DNA of 51,453 nt from the IMG/VR virus record IMGVR_UViG_3300032327_000831, positions 1-51,453 of that record. One strand, given 5' to 3'. Made by a program: the position numbers and the translations under genes. Numbering within the stretch: the first letter of the stretch is position 1; each line of letters begins with the position of its first letter. Under the pieces are notes generated by a model, which searched no databases, had not been told where the DNA came from, and saw only the letters and a program-made list of their open reading frames with translations. The stretch is from a virus (taxonomy: Duplodnaviria > Caudoviricetes). Shown piece by piece: positions 18,538-28,065 of the stretch.

Positions 18538-19698
18538 TTACGAAAAATCTTCGGCAGCGGATGCTGCTGAAGGGAGTGCTGGACGCTTGTCTTCGACAGG
18601 CACCAGCGTTGGTTTACCGGCAGGCTTGACGATCAGATCGCCCAGCAATTCGGTGAACTTCTTTTTGCCGATCGCCTGCTCCATGGCTGTAATGCCAAGG
18701 AGACTGCGCTCGTACATGATGGACTCGGGAATGCCCGAGGCCTGGAGCTTGGCAGCCACGTCATCCTGGCTGCTGTACTTGCGGTTGGACCGGCCTTCGA
18801 CCAGCTTGAAACCCGGCACGATATTGTTGTGTTTGGTCGCTTGCTCAAGTGCGTAAGCCTTCAAGTCGTTGAACCAGTCGATCACCATGTCGGCCTTCGG
18901 CAGCAGGGCGGCAATGCGCTCCTGCGACAGCGAGCTGGGCACCGGAACCTCGGCCAGGCTGAACTCCTGCTGGGCCACAGCCAACGCCTGTTCGGCACGG
19001 GCCGGGCAAGTGAAACGCGCCTTGCAGAACCCCAGGTTGCAGTGTTCACCAGCAACAAACTCGCCCAGGCCCAGCCAGGCCAGGTTGGCTTTGGGCACAA
19101 CCTTTTTCTCCGCCCACGCCAGCAAGTCACTGATGGGCAGCTCTTCGCTGCCGTAGTTGTTCAGCCGGGGCTGCAACACCGTCATGCGCACGCGCTTGAT
19201 GTCGTACAGGTGGCTCAGCTCGTTGTAAGCGCCGAGGCCGTACAGCCGGAGCTGGCTGTTGGTGGCCGCGTCCACGTAGATGCCCTTGCCATACTTCAAG
19301 TCCAGCACTTCGACCAGGTCGTCGGTGATGATCACCAGGTCGCCGGTGCCGAACCCTTCGGGCACCCAAATGCTGAAGTCCAGGCGCTGCTCAACCAGGA
19401 TGACCGGGTCCTTGCAACGCTCATACGCCGCAGCGATTCTGGCCCTGGCATAGTCCACCGCCTGCTCGACGTGCTCGCGCAGTTCGGTGCTGTCAAAGTG
19501 CATCAGTTCTTTGGGCAACGGATCGATGGGTTTGCCCAAAAAGTGCAGCAGCTCCTGCTCAAACACCGCGTGGGCAAACGTGCCTTCGCGTGCAAACTCG
19601 CTGCCAGCGTCTTCAAACGGGGCCTCGGCAAACATGCTTGGCGTGCACGTCATCCACTTCTCGCTGCCAGAGGCAGACAGTTTTGCGTGCGCTGTCAT
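18538..19698 (-). CDS. DUF2800 PD-(D/E)XK (Cas4-like) nuclease
   Basis: HAKLSAS..W..CTPS, AREGT.AH, GFGTGD, DLKYGKG, QL.LY, G.HC..FCKA..C, G.KLVEGRS.R. Confidence 0.9.
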   Translation of the reverse strand: MTAHAKLSASGSEKWMTCTPSMFAEAPFEDAGSEFAREGTFAHAVFEQELLHFLGKPIDPLPKELMHFDSTELREHVEQAVDYARARIAAAYERCKDPVILVEQRLDFSIWVPEGFGTGDLVIITDDLVEVLDLKYGKGIYVDAATNSQLRLYGLGAYNELSHLYDIKRVRMTVLQPRLNNYGSEELPISDLLAWAEKKVVPKANLAWLGLGEFVAGEHCNLGFCKARFTCPARAEQALAVAQQEFSLAEVPVPSSLSQERIAALLPKADMVIDWFNDLKAYALEQATKHNNIVPGFKLVEGRSNRKYSSQDDVAAKLQASGIPESIMYERSLLGITAMEQAIGKKKFTELLGDLIVKPAGKPTLVPVEDKRPALPSAASAAEDFS

Positions 19699-19862
19699 TT
19701 GAAAATACTCCACGAAGCGTAACCCAACAGAAACATGGCGCCGTAGGCGCCGATGATGGCCAAGAATTTAATAACCCAGACGATCACGGGCGCTTCTTTG
19801 GCCCCCCTTGCAGGGCAATCTCGGCCCTGGTTGCAATTGCCCCAATCGTCACAGCAGGTCAC
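19695..19862 (-). CDS. Small Cys-rich membrane protein
   Basis: GTG overlapping upstream stop; CCDDWGNCNQGRDCPAR followed by one hydrophobic helix. Confidence 0.6.
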   Translation of the reverse strand: MTCCDDWGNCNQGRDCPARGAKEAPVIVWVIKFLAIIGAYGAMFLLGYASWSIFK

Positions 19863-20050
19863 TGAACCACCATATCGTTGTACCACTGGGCCGCGTCCTC
19901 GCAAACTTTGGCCACGTTGGCGCTCAGGTAAGTGGCAATGATCAGCGCGGGGGTGGGCGGCTCGTTGAGCGCCTCGGGTCGGTCCAGGCTGCCCTCGATG
20001 GTGTAGGAGTTGTCCGCTTCGTCTTTGATGACCAAGGTCGCAATAGTCAT
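19859..20050 (-). CDS. Hypothetical protein
   Basis: 63-aa ORF coupled to neighbours by 4-nt overlaps; GGAGG upstream. Confidence 0.6.
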   Translation of the reverse strand: MTIATLVIKDEADNSYTIEGSLDRPEALNEPPTPALIIATYLSANVAKVCEDAAQWYNDMVVQ

Positions 20051-20454
20051 AGGGCCTCCGCGTCGGCCAACAAAGCGGCCAGTTGGTCTTGGGGAACGGC
20101 GGTCAGGTTCTTGACTCCGTACTTGGCGCTCAGCAACGCGGCCACGGCGGGGCCTTTGCCTGCCTGGCTAATCACTACCAGCTTGGCGCGTACTTGCTCC
20201 AGAGATACTTCGGGCACGGGCGCAGAGGCAGTCGGTGCAACGGGCGCTTCCGGTTCGTAAGGTTCCGCAACAGGCGCTTCCGTTGGCGCAGCTCTGCGCT
20301 TTTTTGCTGGGGCTGCATGGCGTTTGGCGGCGTGGTCGGCCTCCGCTACGGTGTCTTCCTGGACTGGTGCGCCCAGGTAGGCTTGCATGGCAGCAGTGAC
20401 TGCCGCCAGTTGTTCCGGTGTTTCCGGAGTGAATGTAATCGTGATCATTGCCAT
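20047..20454 (-). CDS. Conserved phage protein usually found upstream of DUF2800
   Basis: P/A-rich linker and C-terminal VSLEQVRAKL..GK..V.ALL.KYG..LT.V domain; ATG 20454. Confidence 0.65.
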   Translation of the reverse strand: MAMITITFTPETPEQLAAVTAAMQAYLGAPVQEDTVAEADHAAKRHAAPAKKRRAAPTEAPVAEPYEPEAPVAPTASAPVPEVSLEQVRAKLVVISQAGKGPAVAALLSAKYGVKNLTAVPQDQLAALLADAEAL

Positions 20455-20569
20455 CTCTCTTTCTTGGTTACGAGGCCGCGATCCTAGCACCACTTTTTGC
20501 AATACGTCGGCATGTGGTACAAAAACAACACCTGATTTTTTATTGGTATTTGTGTCCTATGATTTGCGC

Positions 20570-20593
20570 ACCGAGCCGCGCGGATCGCGGCAC
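20570..20593 (+). repeat. 24-bp direct repeat copy 1 (hairpin just after a -10-like hexamer)
   Basis: accgagccgcgcggatcgcggcac, identical at 22840-22863; TATGAT at 20558-20563. Confidence 0.9.
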
Positions 20594-20608
20594 TACCTTG
20601 GAGATTCC

Positions 20609-20707
20609 ATGACCTGGCCCTTCCCACCCTTCCCCCGCCCAGTGCCTGCTAACGCGCCGCCGGTGCCCCGCTTCAACCCTGACAACTACGAGGACGCACC
20701 GTGGTAA
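20609..20707 (+). CDS. Pro-rich 32-aa peptide
   Basis: GGAG SD; MTWPFPPFPRPVPANAPPVPRFNPDNYEDAPW. Confidence 0.55.
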   Translation: MTWPFPPFPRPVPANAPPVPRFNPDNYEDAPW

Positions 20708-20712
20708 ATATC

Positions 20713-21243
20713 ATGCAATTTAAGACGCCGGAAGAGCGCAAAGCGATTGCCCAAAAAGGGCGTGCTACTCGCAAAGCCAACAAAGAAAAACTTAGTTTGG
20801 AACGCGCGGATGCGCTGTTGAGTACGAATCGTTTGCGCCAAGAAATCGCTGCGCTGGAGAACCGCTTGGCTGCGCTAACCCGGCACGAAGAAATGGGCCG
20901 CACCGCGTTGCGGTTGACTAGCCGGGCGCTGCTTAGGACTGAAGAAATAGTGGCGCAAGCCATGCCTTGTACGCTAACCAGCGGTGTGTATTTCCTGGTG
21001 TACGGCGACGAGGTCGTTTACGTTGGCCAATCACGCAGTGTCTTTGCCCGCGTTTCATCACACGTTGACAAGACGTTTGACCGATTCGCTTTTGTGCCAT
21101 GCAGTCACGCAATGCTGGACCAACTGGAGTCGTTGTACATCCACGTTTTGCGGCCTAAATTGAACGGCAATATTTGCAACAGAGAGAAGGTCGCACCGTT
21201 GCGACTTGACGAATTGTTTGGAGATTTAAATGAAACTCTATAA
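20713..21243 (+). CDS. GIY-YIG-like nuclease domain protein with N-terminal coiled coil
   Basis: SGVYFL...VVYVGQS..VFARVSSH...LESLYI..LRPKLN. Confidence 0.7.
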   Translation: MQFKTPEERKAIAQKGRATRKANKEKLSLERADALLSTNRLRQEIAALENRLAALTRHEEMGRTALRLTSRALLRTEEIVAQAMPCTLTSGVYFLVYGDEVVYVGQSRSVFARVSSHVDKTFDRFAFVPCSHAMLDQLESLYIHVLRPKLNGNICNREKVAPLRLDELFGDLNETL

Positions 21244-21397
21244 CGTGCCAAGAAATAGCAAGATCATGCTAAGTAATGGTGTGGTTCTCTTATTCCACCA
21301 TATTGATGGGATGTACAGCTTTTGCACTGACTCCGACGGCAAGGTATATCACATTGCAGCATGGGAAGATGTTGAAATAGTAAAGGAAGATAAATGA
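21230..21397 (+). CDS. Hypothetical 55-aa protein (not in ORF track)
   Basis: GGAG SD; MKLYNVPRNSKI...FHHIDGMYSFC...; ATGA overlap with next gene. Confidence 0.65.
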   Translation: MKLYNVPRNSKIMLSNGVVLLFHHIDGMYSFCTDSDGKVYHIAAWEDVEIVKEDK

Positions 21398-21639
21398 CTT
21401 TAAAGAAAGCAGCCCTGCGGGTAAACCCCGTAGCCACATTGGAATCGTTCACCCCGACGACGGGTGACAAAGTTCACGCAAAGTACCGCACCGGCTTTGT
21501 GCCTACGGAGAAAGACCCTGACGCCGTGCCGCCCAACACGATGAGCGTGTGGGATAGGGGTGTGTACAAGCCAGAGCCACAAGGCTACCAGCGTCCAGGT
21601 GCTAATGATTTTCTTAACGTAAAAAGTAGGGGGTTGTGA
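21394..21639 (+). CDS. Hypothetical protein
   Basis: 81-aa coupled ORF with SD AAGGA. Confidence 0.6.
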   Translation: MTLKKAALRVNPVATLESFTPTTGDKVHAKYRTGFVPTEKDPDAVPPNTMSVWDRGVYKPEPQGYQRPGANDFLNVKSRGL

Positions 21640-21878
21640 TGGGCCTTATTTCAAAAGAAACCCTGTTGATTCATTTGCAACGTGCTGAAATGGCAAGTGA
21701 TGTAAAACTGCCGATTGAATTTTTCCGAGACTTGGTTTATCAAGCAATGCCGCGCCCGTGGGTAGGGCTGGCGAATGAAGACCGCTTGTGCGCTAAGTAT
21801 ATGCAAGACGCGCCTGAAGGTATTGAAGCAGTGATTGATTACATCTCAGCCAAATTAAAGGAGCAGAACAATGGGTGA
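21639..21878 (+). CDS. Hypothetical protein
   Basis: Coupled ORF containing RPWVGL..E and ending AKLKEQN. Confidence 0.6.
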   Translation: MGLISKETLLIHLQRAEMASDVKLPIEFFRDLVYQAMPRPWVGLANEDRLCAKYMQDAPEGIEAVIDYISAKLKEQNNG

Positions 21879-22167
21879 CCACCGAGCCAGCATCAAAATT
21901 GAGTTCAGTATGTACGGCGAAACAAAAAAGGCCGATATGTGGATTAACTGGAGTCCTGACAACGACCAAGGGGTAGACCGACGTGTAATTGAATTTTTTG
22001 AAGATGCCGCAAATAGCATGTCTGCTGCATATTATGAGGTTCAAGAACATGCGGCAAGAGAATACCAAAAGACAGTTGAAGAAGATGCCGAGCGCAAAGA
22101 GTTTGATCGCTTAAAGAAAAAGTTTGAAACTGCTTGCGCAGCAATCCGAGCAAGGGGGAACACATGA
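21871..22167 (+). CDS. Hypothetical protein
   Basis: AAGGAG SD; ends CAAIRARGNT. Confidence 0.6.
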   Translation: MGDHRASIKIEFSMYGETKKADMWINWSPDNDQGVDRRVIEFFEDAANSMSAAYYEVQEHAAREYQKTVEEDAERKEFDRLKKKFETACAAIRARGNT

Positions 22168-22622
22168 CGATAGGTATAAGCCCACAGTTTGACATGTCCA
22201 AGCCCGATGTAATAGACAGAAATGGGCCGGGTTGGTCAGTAGGAAAGATCACTAACGTAATAGCAACTGAACTCACATCAGAAGCAGGTACATACATAAC
22301 AAGGAAAGCAAAAATGATTTCAACAGACTACGAAAAAGCATCGGAAATTGCAGAAACTGCCGAGAAAATGTTTAAACGCAACGTTAGCAACTTAATGGGA
22401 ACATCAGATGAGTTGCAAGCGAACATTAAAAAGGTATCGGGCAACGTGCGTAAAGCAGCAGATGACTTAGCGTCAGGACTAATCAAGATGGAGAAGACCG
22501 CAAACTTTGCAAACTTGGAACGCTACGTCACGTTACTTGAACGTGCTGCGACTGCTTTAGCTACGCTTGCGGAATTAGAGAAAGAAGGCAAGCTGGGCAA
22601 GATTACCACTGCGTTAAAGTGA
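22164..22622 (+). CDS. Hypothetical coiled-coil protein
   Basis: ATGA overlap at 22164; helical C-terminal half. Confidence 0.6.
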   Translation: MTIGISPQFDMSKPDVIDRNGPGWSVGKITNVIATELTSEAGTYITRKAKMISTDYEKASEIAETAEKMFKRNVSNLMGTSDELQANIKKVSGNVRKAADDLASGLIKMEKTANFANLERYVTLLERAATALATLAELEKEGKLGKITTALK

Positions 22623-22631
22623 GAAGAACAC

Positions 22632-22829
22632 ATGACCGACCAACGCTACTTTGCTGACGGAAAGGAGTTCCTGTACCCCCACGCTGGAGATGCGTTAGCA
22701 CCTAGAGATACTAAAGTGCTTTTATTGTCTAGGGGTGGTATTTGCACCGTTGGCTTTTGGGGCGACTGGTGTATAGGATGGTTACCCCTGCCCAAGCGCA
22801 ACAAAGCCAAAGAAGAAACCCGGGTCTAA
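22632..22829 (+). CDS. Small protein, DUF551-like C-terminus
   Basis: P....VLLL..GG...G.W......W.PLP pattern. Confidence 0.5.
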   Translation: MTDQRYFADGKEFLYPHAGDALAPRDTKVLLLSRGGICTVGFWGDWCIGWLPLPKRNKAKEETRV

Positions 22830-22839
22830 AATTGCAGTA

Positions 22840-22863
22840 ACCGAGCCGCGCGGATCGCGGCAC
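22840..22863 (+). repeat. 24-bp direct repeat copy 2
   Basis: Identical to 20570-20593; TAAAAT at 22827-22832. Confidence 0.9.
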
Positions 22864-22881
22864 GCTTTTACGGAAACTTTC

Positions 22882-23082
22882 ATGTCTGCTAGACAATCCT
22901 ATTTTGAAGATTTGCTGATCGACTGCCTTGGCGCAGTCGAGAACGCAGAAGTGCCGATTGACCACTGGGGCGCCGTGGTGGCTGCGCTGGTGATGTCGGA
23001 CAGCTACAACGGCCTGCGAAAGGCCACCCTCCAGGCTGAGGCGCTGCGCGCGCAGCAGCTCGAGCGCGGGGTGCAGAAGTGA
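22882..23082 (+). CDS. Hypothetical protein
   Basis: 66-aa ORF; stop overlaps the primase GTG start. Confidence 0.55.
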   Translation: MSARQSYFEDLLIDCLGAVENAEVPIDHWGAVVAALVMSDSYNGLRKATLQAEALRAQQLERGVQK

Positions 23083-25391
23083 CCCGCCCCGCAGTATTGC
23101 CGGTCCGGCTTGAGGGCATACCTTTGGCGTTGCGCGGCATCCCCAGGTGGGTGTTGTGGCGTTCGGTTCGGCGCAGCAAGCCCAACGGCGACAAGGTCTG
23201 GGCCAAGATGCCCATGACCGTGGACGGCTCGGCCGCAAGTTCTACTGACCCGTCTACCTGGACCGACTTCGACTCGGCCTGCGACGGCTTGATCATGGGC
23301 GACTACGACGGCCTGGGCCTGGTGCTCGGCGCTGACGTGCACGGCATCGATCTGGACGATTGCCGCATGCCTGACGGCAGCCTGACGCCGCTTGCGGAGG
23401 AGGTCCTGGCCCGTGTCCAGGGCTACGCCGAGGTGTCGCCCAGCGGCACGGGCATCAAGGTGTTCGCCTTGACCAACCTAGACAGCTCGCGCACCAAAAA
23501 GTCTGATGGGGTTGAGCTGTACCGAGACGGCCGCTACTTCACAGTGACTGGCCACGTCCTGGGCAGTGTAGGAGACCTGGCTAAGGTCAACGACTTGGGC
23601 TGGTTGGTGACTCAGGTTTGGAACGAGTCCATCGGCCCGGCTGACATGACAGGCGACGCGGGTGAGATGGCCTTGGCCAACTACAAGCCGCCTCTTGAGG
23701 ACTGGGACATCGACCGCGTGGTCGACGAGGTGCTGGTGCACCTGGACCCGGACGGCGGTTACGAGGACTGGTTGCGCGTGGGCGCTGCTCTGCACCACCA
23801 GGGCGGTGGTGACCCTGAGTGGCTGGAGGCCTGGGACAACTGGTCCGCGCAGTCGGGCAAGTGGGTCGAGGGCTACTGCTCCGACAAGTGGGATTCGTTC
23901 AGCGCCCAGCGCATGGTGGGCAAGGGCGCCTTGACCCTGGCCTCCCTGCTCAAGCAGACGCGCGATGCCCGGGACGCGGCTGCGCTGTCCGCTCGCGACG
24001 TGATGATGGCCGACCTGCTTGGCCGGATCGACGCGGTGACGGACCCGCGCGCATTGCAGGAGAAGATCGCCGCGTCGATCGCGCACAACGCTGACTACTC
24101 CGACGTGGAGCGCGCGCAGTTTGCGACCGCGATCCAGAACCGGGCCAAGGCTCTGGGCACCAAGCTGGAGATCGGCACCGTGCGCGGCTGGCTGCGTTCA
24201 CGGGTGAAGGCCTCGTTCCCACACCTGAATGAGGACGGTCACCCGTTGTGCACCAGGGAAAACCTGGAGGTGCTGCTGGGCAGGCTCGGCATTGTGGTGC
24301 GGTACAACATGATCAGCAAAGCCACCGAGATTCTGATACCGGACTCTTCGTTCTCGCGGGACAACAAGGACAACGCTTCAATTGCTGACATCCTGTCCGA
24401 GTGCGAGAAGGTGCGCATGTCCACCAAGTACGTGCCGCAGTTTCTGCTGCGCATTGCCGACTCCAACGCATACAACCCGGTGGCCACATGGGTTGAATCG
24501 GTGCCGTGGGATGGGGTGTCAAGGCTTGGGCGCTTTTTTGGGACCGTGGATTGCGGTGGCCAGATGGACCAGGGGTTGAAGGAACTGCTGATGCGCAAGT
24601 GGTTGGTCCAGGCTATCGGCGCCGCGTTCTCGCCCGACGGCATCGCGGCCCAGGGCATCCTGACATTCACCGGCGCTCAGAACATCGGCAAGACCACCTG
24701 GTTCAACCGGCTTGCGCCGGAGGACCTTTGCGTGATCCACACCGGGCACACACTGGACGTGCGGTCCAAGGACTCGCAGTTGATTGCCCTTCGGTATTGG
24801 ATCGTGGAGTTGGGCGAGGTCGACGCGACTTTTCGGAAGTCGGATATGTCCGCGCTGAAGTCGTTTGCCACACAGGCAGTCGACTCCATTCGGCGCCCCT
24901 ATGCGATGACCGAGTCCACATACGGGCGACGCACGGTGTTTGGCGCGTCAGTGAATGACTCGCTTTTCCTGTCCGACCCAACTGGCAACCGGCGTTTCTG
25001 GACGATCCCGGCTGTGGCTTTTGTGGTGGACGCCGGGCTTGACATGCAGCAGCTCTGGGCCGAGGTGCTGGCGCTGTGGCGCGGGGGTTCGCATTGGTAC
25101 TTGTCGATGGCCGAGGCTGCTTTGCTGGGCGAGCATAACGAAGACTTCACCGTGACCGATCCGATTGATGAGCGTATTGCCGCTGGGTTTGCCTGGAGTG
25201 GTCTTGAAGCGTGTTGCGAGTGGGCCACGTCGACCGACGTGCTGATGCGCGTTGGGATCAAAGACCCGTCAAAGGCGCAAACGATCGCGGCGTCAAGGGT
25301 ATTACGCAAACTCAACGGCGGACAGCGCAAAAAGTCGAATGGTCGTGTGTTGTTCGCGATTCCTGGCGCTGGAACAGACTTTCTAGGGTAG
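23079..25391 (+). CDS. Primase-helicase: NrS-1-like prim-pol, PriCT-2 and VirE/VapE-type helicase
   Basis: GIDLDDC, EVSPSGTG, ELY..GRYFTVTG; YEDWLRVG.ALH..WD.WS; Walker A GAQNIGKT, RRPY, DPTGNRRFW. Confidence 0.9.
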   Translation: MTRPAVLPVRLEGIPLALRGIPRWVLWRSVRRSKPNGDKVWAKMPMTVDGSAASSTDPSTWTDFDSACDGLIMGDYDGLGLVLGADVHGIDLDDCRMPDGSLTPLAEEVLARVQGYAEVSPSGTGIKVFALTNLDSSRTKKSDGVELYRDGRYFTVTGHVLGSVGDLAKVNDLGWLVTQVWNESIGPADMTGDAGEMALANYKPPLEDWDIDRVVDEVLVHLDPDGGYEDWLRVGAALHHQGGGDPEWLEAWDNWSAQSGKWVEGYCSDKWDSFSAQRMVGKGALTLASLLKQTRDARDAAALSARDVMMADLLGRIDAVTDPRALQEKIAASIAHNADYSDVERAQFATAIQNRAKALGTKLEIGTVRGWLRSRVKASFPHLNEDGHPLCTRENLEVLLGRLGIVVRYNMISKATEILIPDSSFSRDNKDNASIADILSECEKVRMSTKYVPQFLLRIADSNAYNPVATWVESVPWDGVSRLGRFFGTVDCGGQMDQGLKELLMRKWLVQAIGAAFSPDGIAAQGILTFTGAQNIGKTTWFNRLAPEDLCVIHTGHTLDVRSKDSQLIALRYWIVELGEVDATFRKSDMSALKSFATQAVDSIRRPYAMTESTYGRRTVFGASVNDSLFLSDPTGNRRFWTIPAVAFVVDAGLDMQQLWAEVLALWRGGSHWYLSMAEAALLGEHNEDFTVTDPIDERIAAGFAWSGLEACCEWATSTDVLMRVGIKDPSKAQTIAASRVLRKLNGGQRKKSNGRVLFAIPGAGTDFLG

Positions 25392-25592
25392 TAGGGCAAT
25401 TGAAAAGTGGCTAATGCACTGACCTACTACCCTGACCTAAGTCCTTGATTTATCTACTATTTCTACTACTTAGGGTATTAAGGGTAATAGAAGTAGTAGC
25501 TTATAGGAGGAAGGATATTTTGAGTTATAAAAAAAGACAGTCGTGGTATCTATATGTTTGAAAAGGGGGTATTCCACTGCCCTTATTGCCCT
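25385..25592. other. Candidate replication origin
   Basis: AT-rich gap after primase; inverted repeats 25385-25395/25423-25433 and 25463-25471/25491-25499; exact IHF consensus WATCAANNNNTTR on minus strand at 25438-25450. Confidence 0.5.
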
Positions 25593-25607
25593 GAAAGGAT
25601 TCTGAAA

Positions 25608-25874
25608 ATGCTGGAACGAACAATCGAAAGACGGCTGGTGAACAAAACCAAGGAAGCCGGAGGCTTGGCCATAAAGTGGACTGCACCCGGCTTTTCCGGC
25701 GTGCCGGACAGGATTGTGTTTTTGCCGGAAGGCCGGATCATCTTTGTTGAGTTGAAGGCGCCGGGCAAACCCCTGGCCCCGCTTCAAGAGCGTGTGCACA
25801 GGCTTCTGGCCAAACTGGGGGCCGATGTGAGGACGATTGACAGCGTTGAAGGCGTGGACGAGGTGTTCAAGTGA
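25608..25874 (+). CDS. VRR-NUC nuclease
   Basis: LERTIE, GVPDRIV, FVELKAPG..L.PLQ; ATG 25608 after AAAGGA. Confidence 0.9.
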   Translation: MLERTIERRLVNKTKEAGGLAIKWTAPGFSGVPDRIVFLPEGRIIFVELKAPGKPLAPLQERVHRLLAKLGADVRTIDSVEGVDEVFK

Positions 25875-27235
25875 GAACCAGACTAGATTTTCGCGAGTAC
25901 CAGGACCAGGCAGACCAGTTCATCACGGCCAACCGCAGGTCTTACCTGGCAGCCAAAGCCGGGGCAGGCAAGACTGCGGTGGCCCTGTCGTTGATTGAGC
26001 GGTTGATGTTCGACCGGTTTGAGGTGGCCAAGGTTTTGGTGGTGGCGCCAAAGAGGGTGGCCCAGCAATGGCCCAGCGAGGCCCAGGGATGGTCGTTCAG
26101 CAGGGGCCTGCGGTTCGGTGTGTACGTTGGGGCGCCTGAAGCGCGCAAAGCGGCCCTGGCGGCTTCCTGGGACGTGCTGACGTGCAGCTTTGACCACTTC
26201 CCTGAACTGGTGCAGCAATTCAAGCTGGCCGACTGGCCGTTTGATCTGGTGATCTTCGACGAGGCCAGCAGGCTGAGAAAAGGTGGGCGCAAGGGCAGCG
26301 TCGGGTGGAAAGCCATGAACGCGATCAGCGCCAAGACGGACGCACGCATTTTGCTGATGAGCGGCAGCCCCCGGCCAGGCACAGCGCATGAACTGTTCGC
26401 GCCCGTGTTCCTGCTTGACCAAGGCCAGCGCCTGGGCGCCACCCTGACCGGGTTCAGGTCAGATTACCTGGAGCCGAACAAACAGAACCGGCAGACCGGC
26501 CAGGTCTATAGCTGGCAACTGAGAAAGGGGATGGAGGCCGCGCTGTACAACCGGATCGCGGACCTCTACTTCGCGGTGGCGCCTGACTTGGGTCTGAAGT
26601 CGGTGGTGATCGACCGCTACGTCGCCCTGCCAAAGGCGGTGGAGAAGGCGTGCATGGACCTGCAAGCCAACCAGGTCCTGGACTTTGACGACCTAAGCCT
26701 GACGGCAGCAAGCCAGGGCACGGTGGCAGGCAAGCTCCACCAGATGTGCCAGGGCGCGGTGTTTGGCGACGATGGCAAGGTTCAATTGCTGCACAACGAA
26801 AAGCTGGATGAACTGGATCAGATCGTGGAGGAGGTGGACGGCCCGCTGATCGTGGCGTACTGGTACACGCACGACTTCGACCGGCTGAAAGCCAGATTCC
26901 CGGCGGCGGTGGACATCACGACACCGGACGGCTTGGCAGCGGCCAAGGCTGGCCAGGTTGAGCTGGCGCTGCTGAACCCAGGCAGTGCTGCGCACGGGAT
27001 CGACGGCCTGCAAAAGCACTTCAATGCCATTGCGTGGTTCACAATCCCGGCCAGCTTTGAGATGTACGACCAGACCAACAAGCGGATCGTGCGTAGCGGC
27101 CAGGTGGGCGACACGACCAGCATCTACCGGATCATCGCGGCCAACGGCATTGCAGACGAGCGGCTGCTGGCCGGGCTGTACCGCAAAGAGCAAGAGCAAG
27201 ACGCATTTTTTAAACACTTGGAAAGCAAAACATGA
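25871..27235 (+). CDS. SNF2-like superfamily 2 helicase
   Basis: YQ, GAGKT, VLVVAP, IFDEAS, SGSP, HGIDGLQ, Q..KRIVRSGQ. Confidence 0.88.
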   Translation: MRTRLDFREYQDQADQFITANRRSYLAAKAGAGKTAVALSLIERLMFDRFEVAKVLVVAPKRVAQQWPSEAQGWSFSRGLRFGVYVGAPEARKAALAASWDVLTCSFDHFPELVQQFKLADWPFDLVIFDEASRLRKGGRKGSVGWKAMNAISAKTDARILLMSGSPRPGTAHELFAPVFLLDQGQRLGATLTGFRSDYLEPNKQNRQTGQVYSWQLRKGMEAALYNRIADLYFAVAPDLGLKSVVIDRYVALPKAVEKACMDLQANQVLDFDDLSLTAASQGTVAGKLHQMCQGAVFGDDGKVQLLHNEKLDELDQIVEEVDGPLIVAYWYTHDFDRLKARFPAAVDITTPDGLAAAKAGQVELALLNPGSAAHGIDGLQKHFNAIAWFTIPASFEMYDQTNKRIVRSGQVGDTTSIYRIIAANGIADERLLAGLYRKEQEQDAFFKHLESKT

Positions 27236-27687
27236 CAAGCAGAGAAAAAATCACCAGCGCGCAGACAAGCAAGAACCTGCAAGACCCGCCATCGGGTGAG
27301 CTTGGCGACATCGACATCATCAGGGCTTGTGGGATGGCCGGACAGAGCAACCCGCTGGGGTTGTCGATTTGGAGGTGGCGTTACGCCGGTGACAACCGCG
27401 AGATTCACAAGATCGCGGAGGCTTTGATGGGTATGGGGCACGAAGTGGACACGGTGTTCACCGTGTTGCAGCACCTAAGCAGGGAGGTGTGTCCGGTTTG
27501 CTTTGGCAGGGGATACGGTGTGGTGGAAGGCACACCCATTTTGAACGGCGAGATTTGCATGGACTGCAACGGCACCGGCAAACGCCAACTCCACGGTGAC
27601 GCGGAATTGGCGTTAGTCGAAGTCATCGTAAGGCTGGAGCGGGACGTGGCCCGCCAGATACAGCAGAAGCTGTCTACCGCCGAATGA
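27232..27687 (+). CDS. Zn-finger protein, probable Q-like late antiterminator
   Basis: CPVCFGRG...CMDCNGTG; last gene of the replication operon; late promoters are followed by terminators. Confidence 0.6.
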   Translation: MTSREKITSAQTSKNLQDPPSGELGDIDIIRACGMAGQSNPLGLSIWRWRYAGDNREIHKIAEALMGMGHEVDTVFTVLQHLSREVCPVCFGRGYGVVEGTPILNGEICMDCNGTGKRQLHGDAELALVEVIVRLERDVARQIQQKLSTAE

Positions 27688-28063
27688 CCTGGTTGCAGCA
27701 AGGACAGATTTGCTTGTCCTTGCGCCGCCCCAGGGCTCGGTGCACGGCAGATTCATTGACCCCAACCTGTTTGGATGCAGCGTAGACGGTCAGGCCTTCG
27801 TCAAGCACCAGGTCAATTGCTTGCATGGTCCGAGACTTTTCTGCGGGCACAGTCGGGTCGTCACCGCGTTTGGACCAGATCGCGATTACGTCGACGAACG
27901 AATCCGGCTTGTCGGTGAAAGCCGCGCAAGACAGTTTGCCGTCCAGGTTGTACGCAAGCAGGTATCGCAGGTCGTCCCGGTCCGCCATGACCCGTATCTT
28001 GTGGCGCACGTTGTCCGACCAGGACACGTCGTAAAGGAATTGTTCAAGGTCAAGTATTTGCAT
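27674..28063 (-). CDS. Protein with C-terminal HTH and CPCC motif
   Basis: ATG 28063; GLTVYAASKQVGVNESAVHRAL...CPCC. Confidence 0.65.
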   Translation of the reverse strand: MQILDLEQFLYDVSWSDNVRHKIRVMADRDDLRYLLAYNLDGKLSCAAFTDKPDSFVDVIAIWSKRGDDPTVPAEKSRTMQAIDLVLDEGLTVYAASKQVGVNESAVHRALGRRKDKQICPCCNQVIRR

Positions 28064-28065
28064 GT

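Noticed and set aside
19695-19862. Small membrane ORFs as a lysis cassette
   Set aside because: They lie in early or replication operons and no endolysin is visible; lysis genes are probably outside the window.
20570-22863. 24-bp repeats as att sites or IS ends
   Set aside because: No integrase or transposase in the window; both copies look like transcript-start hairpins.
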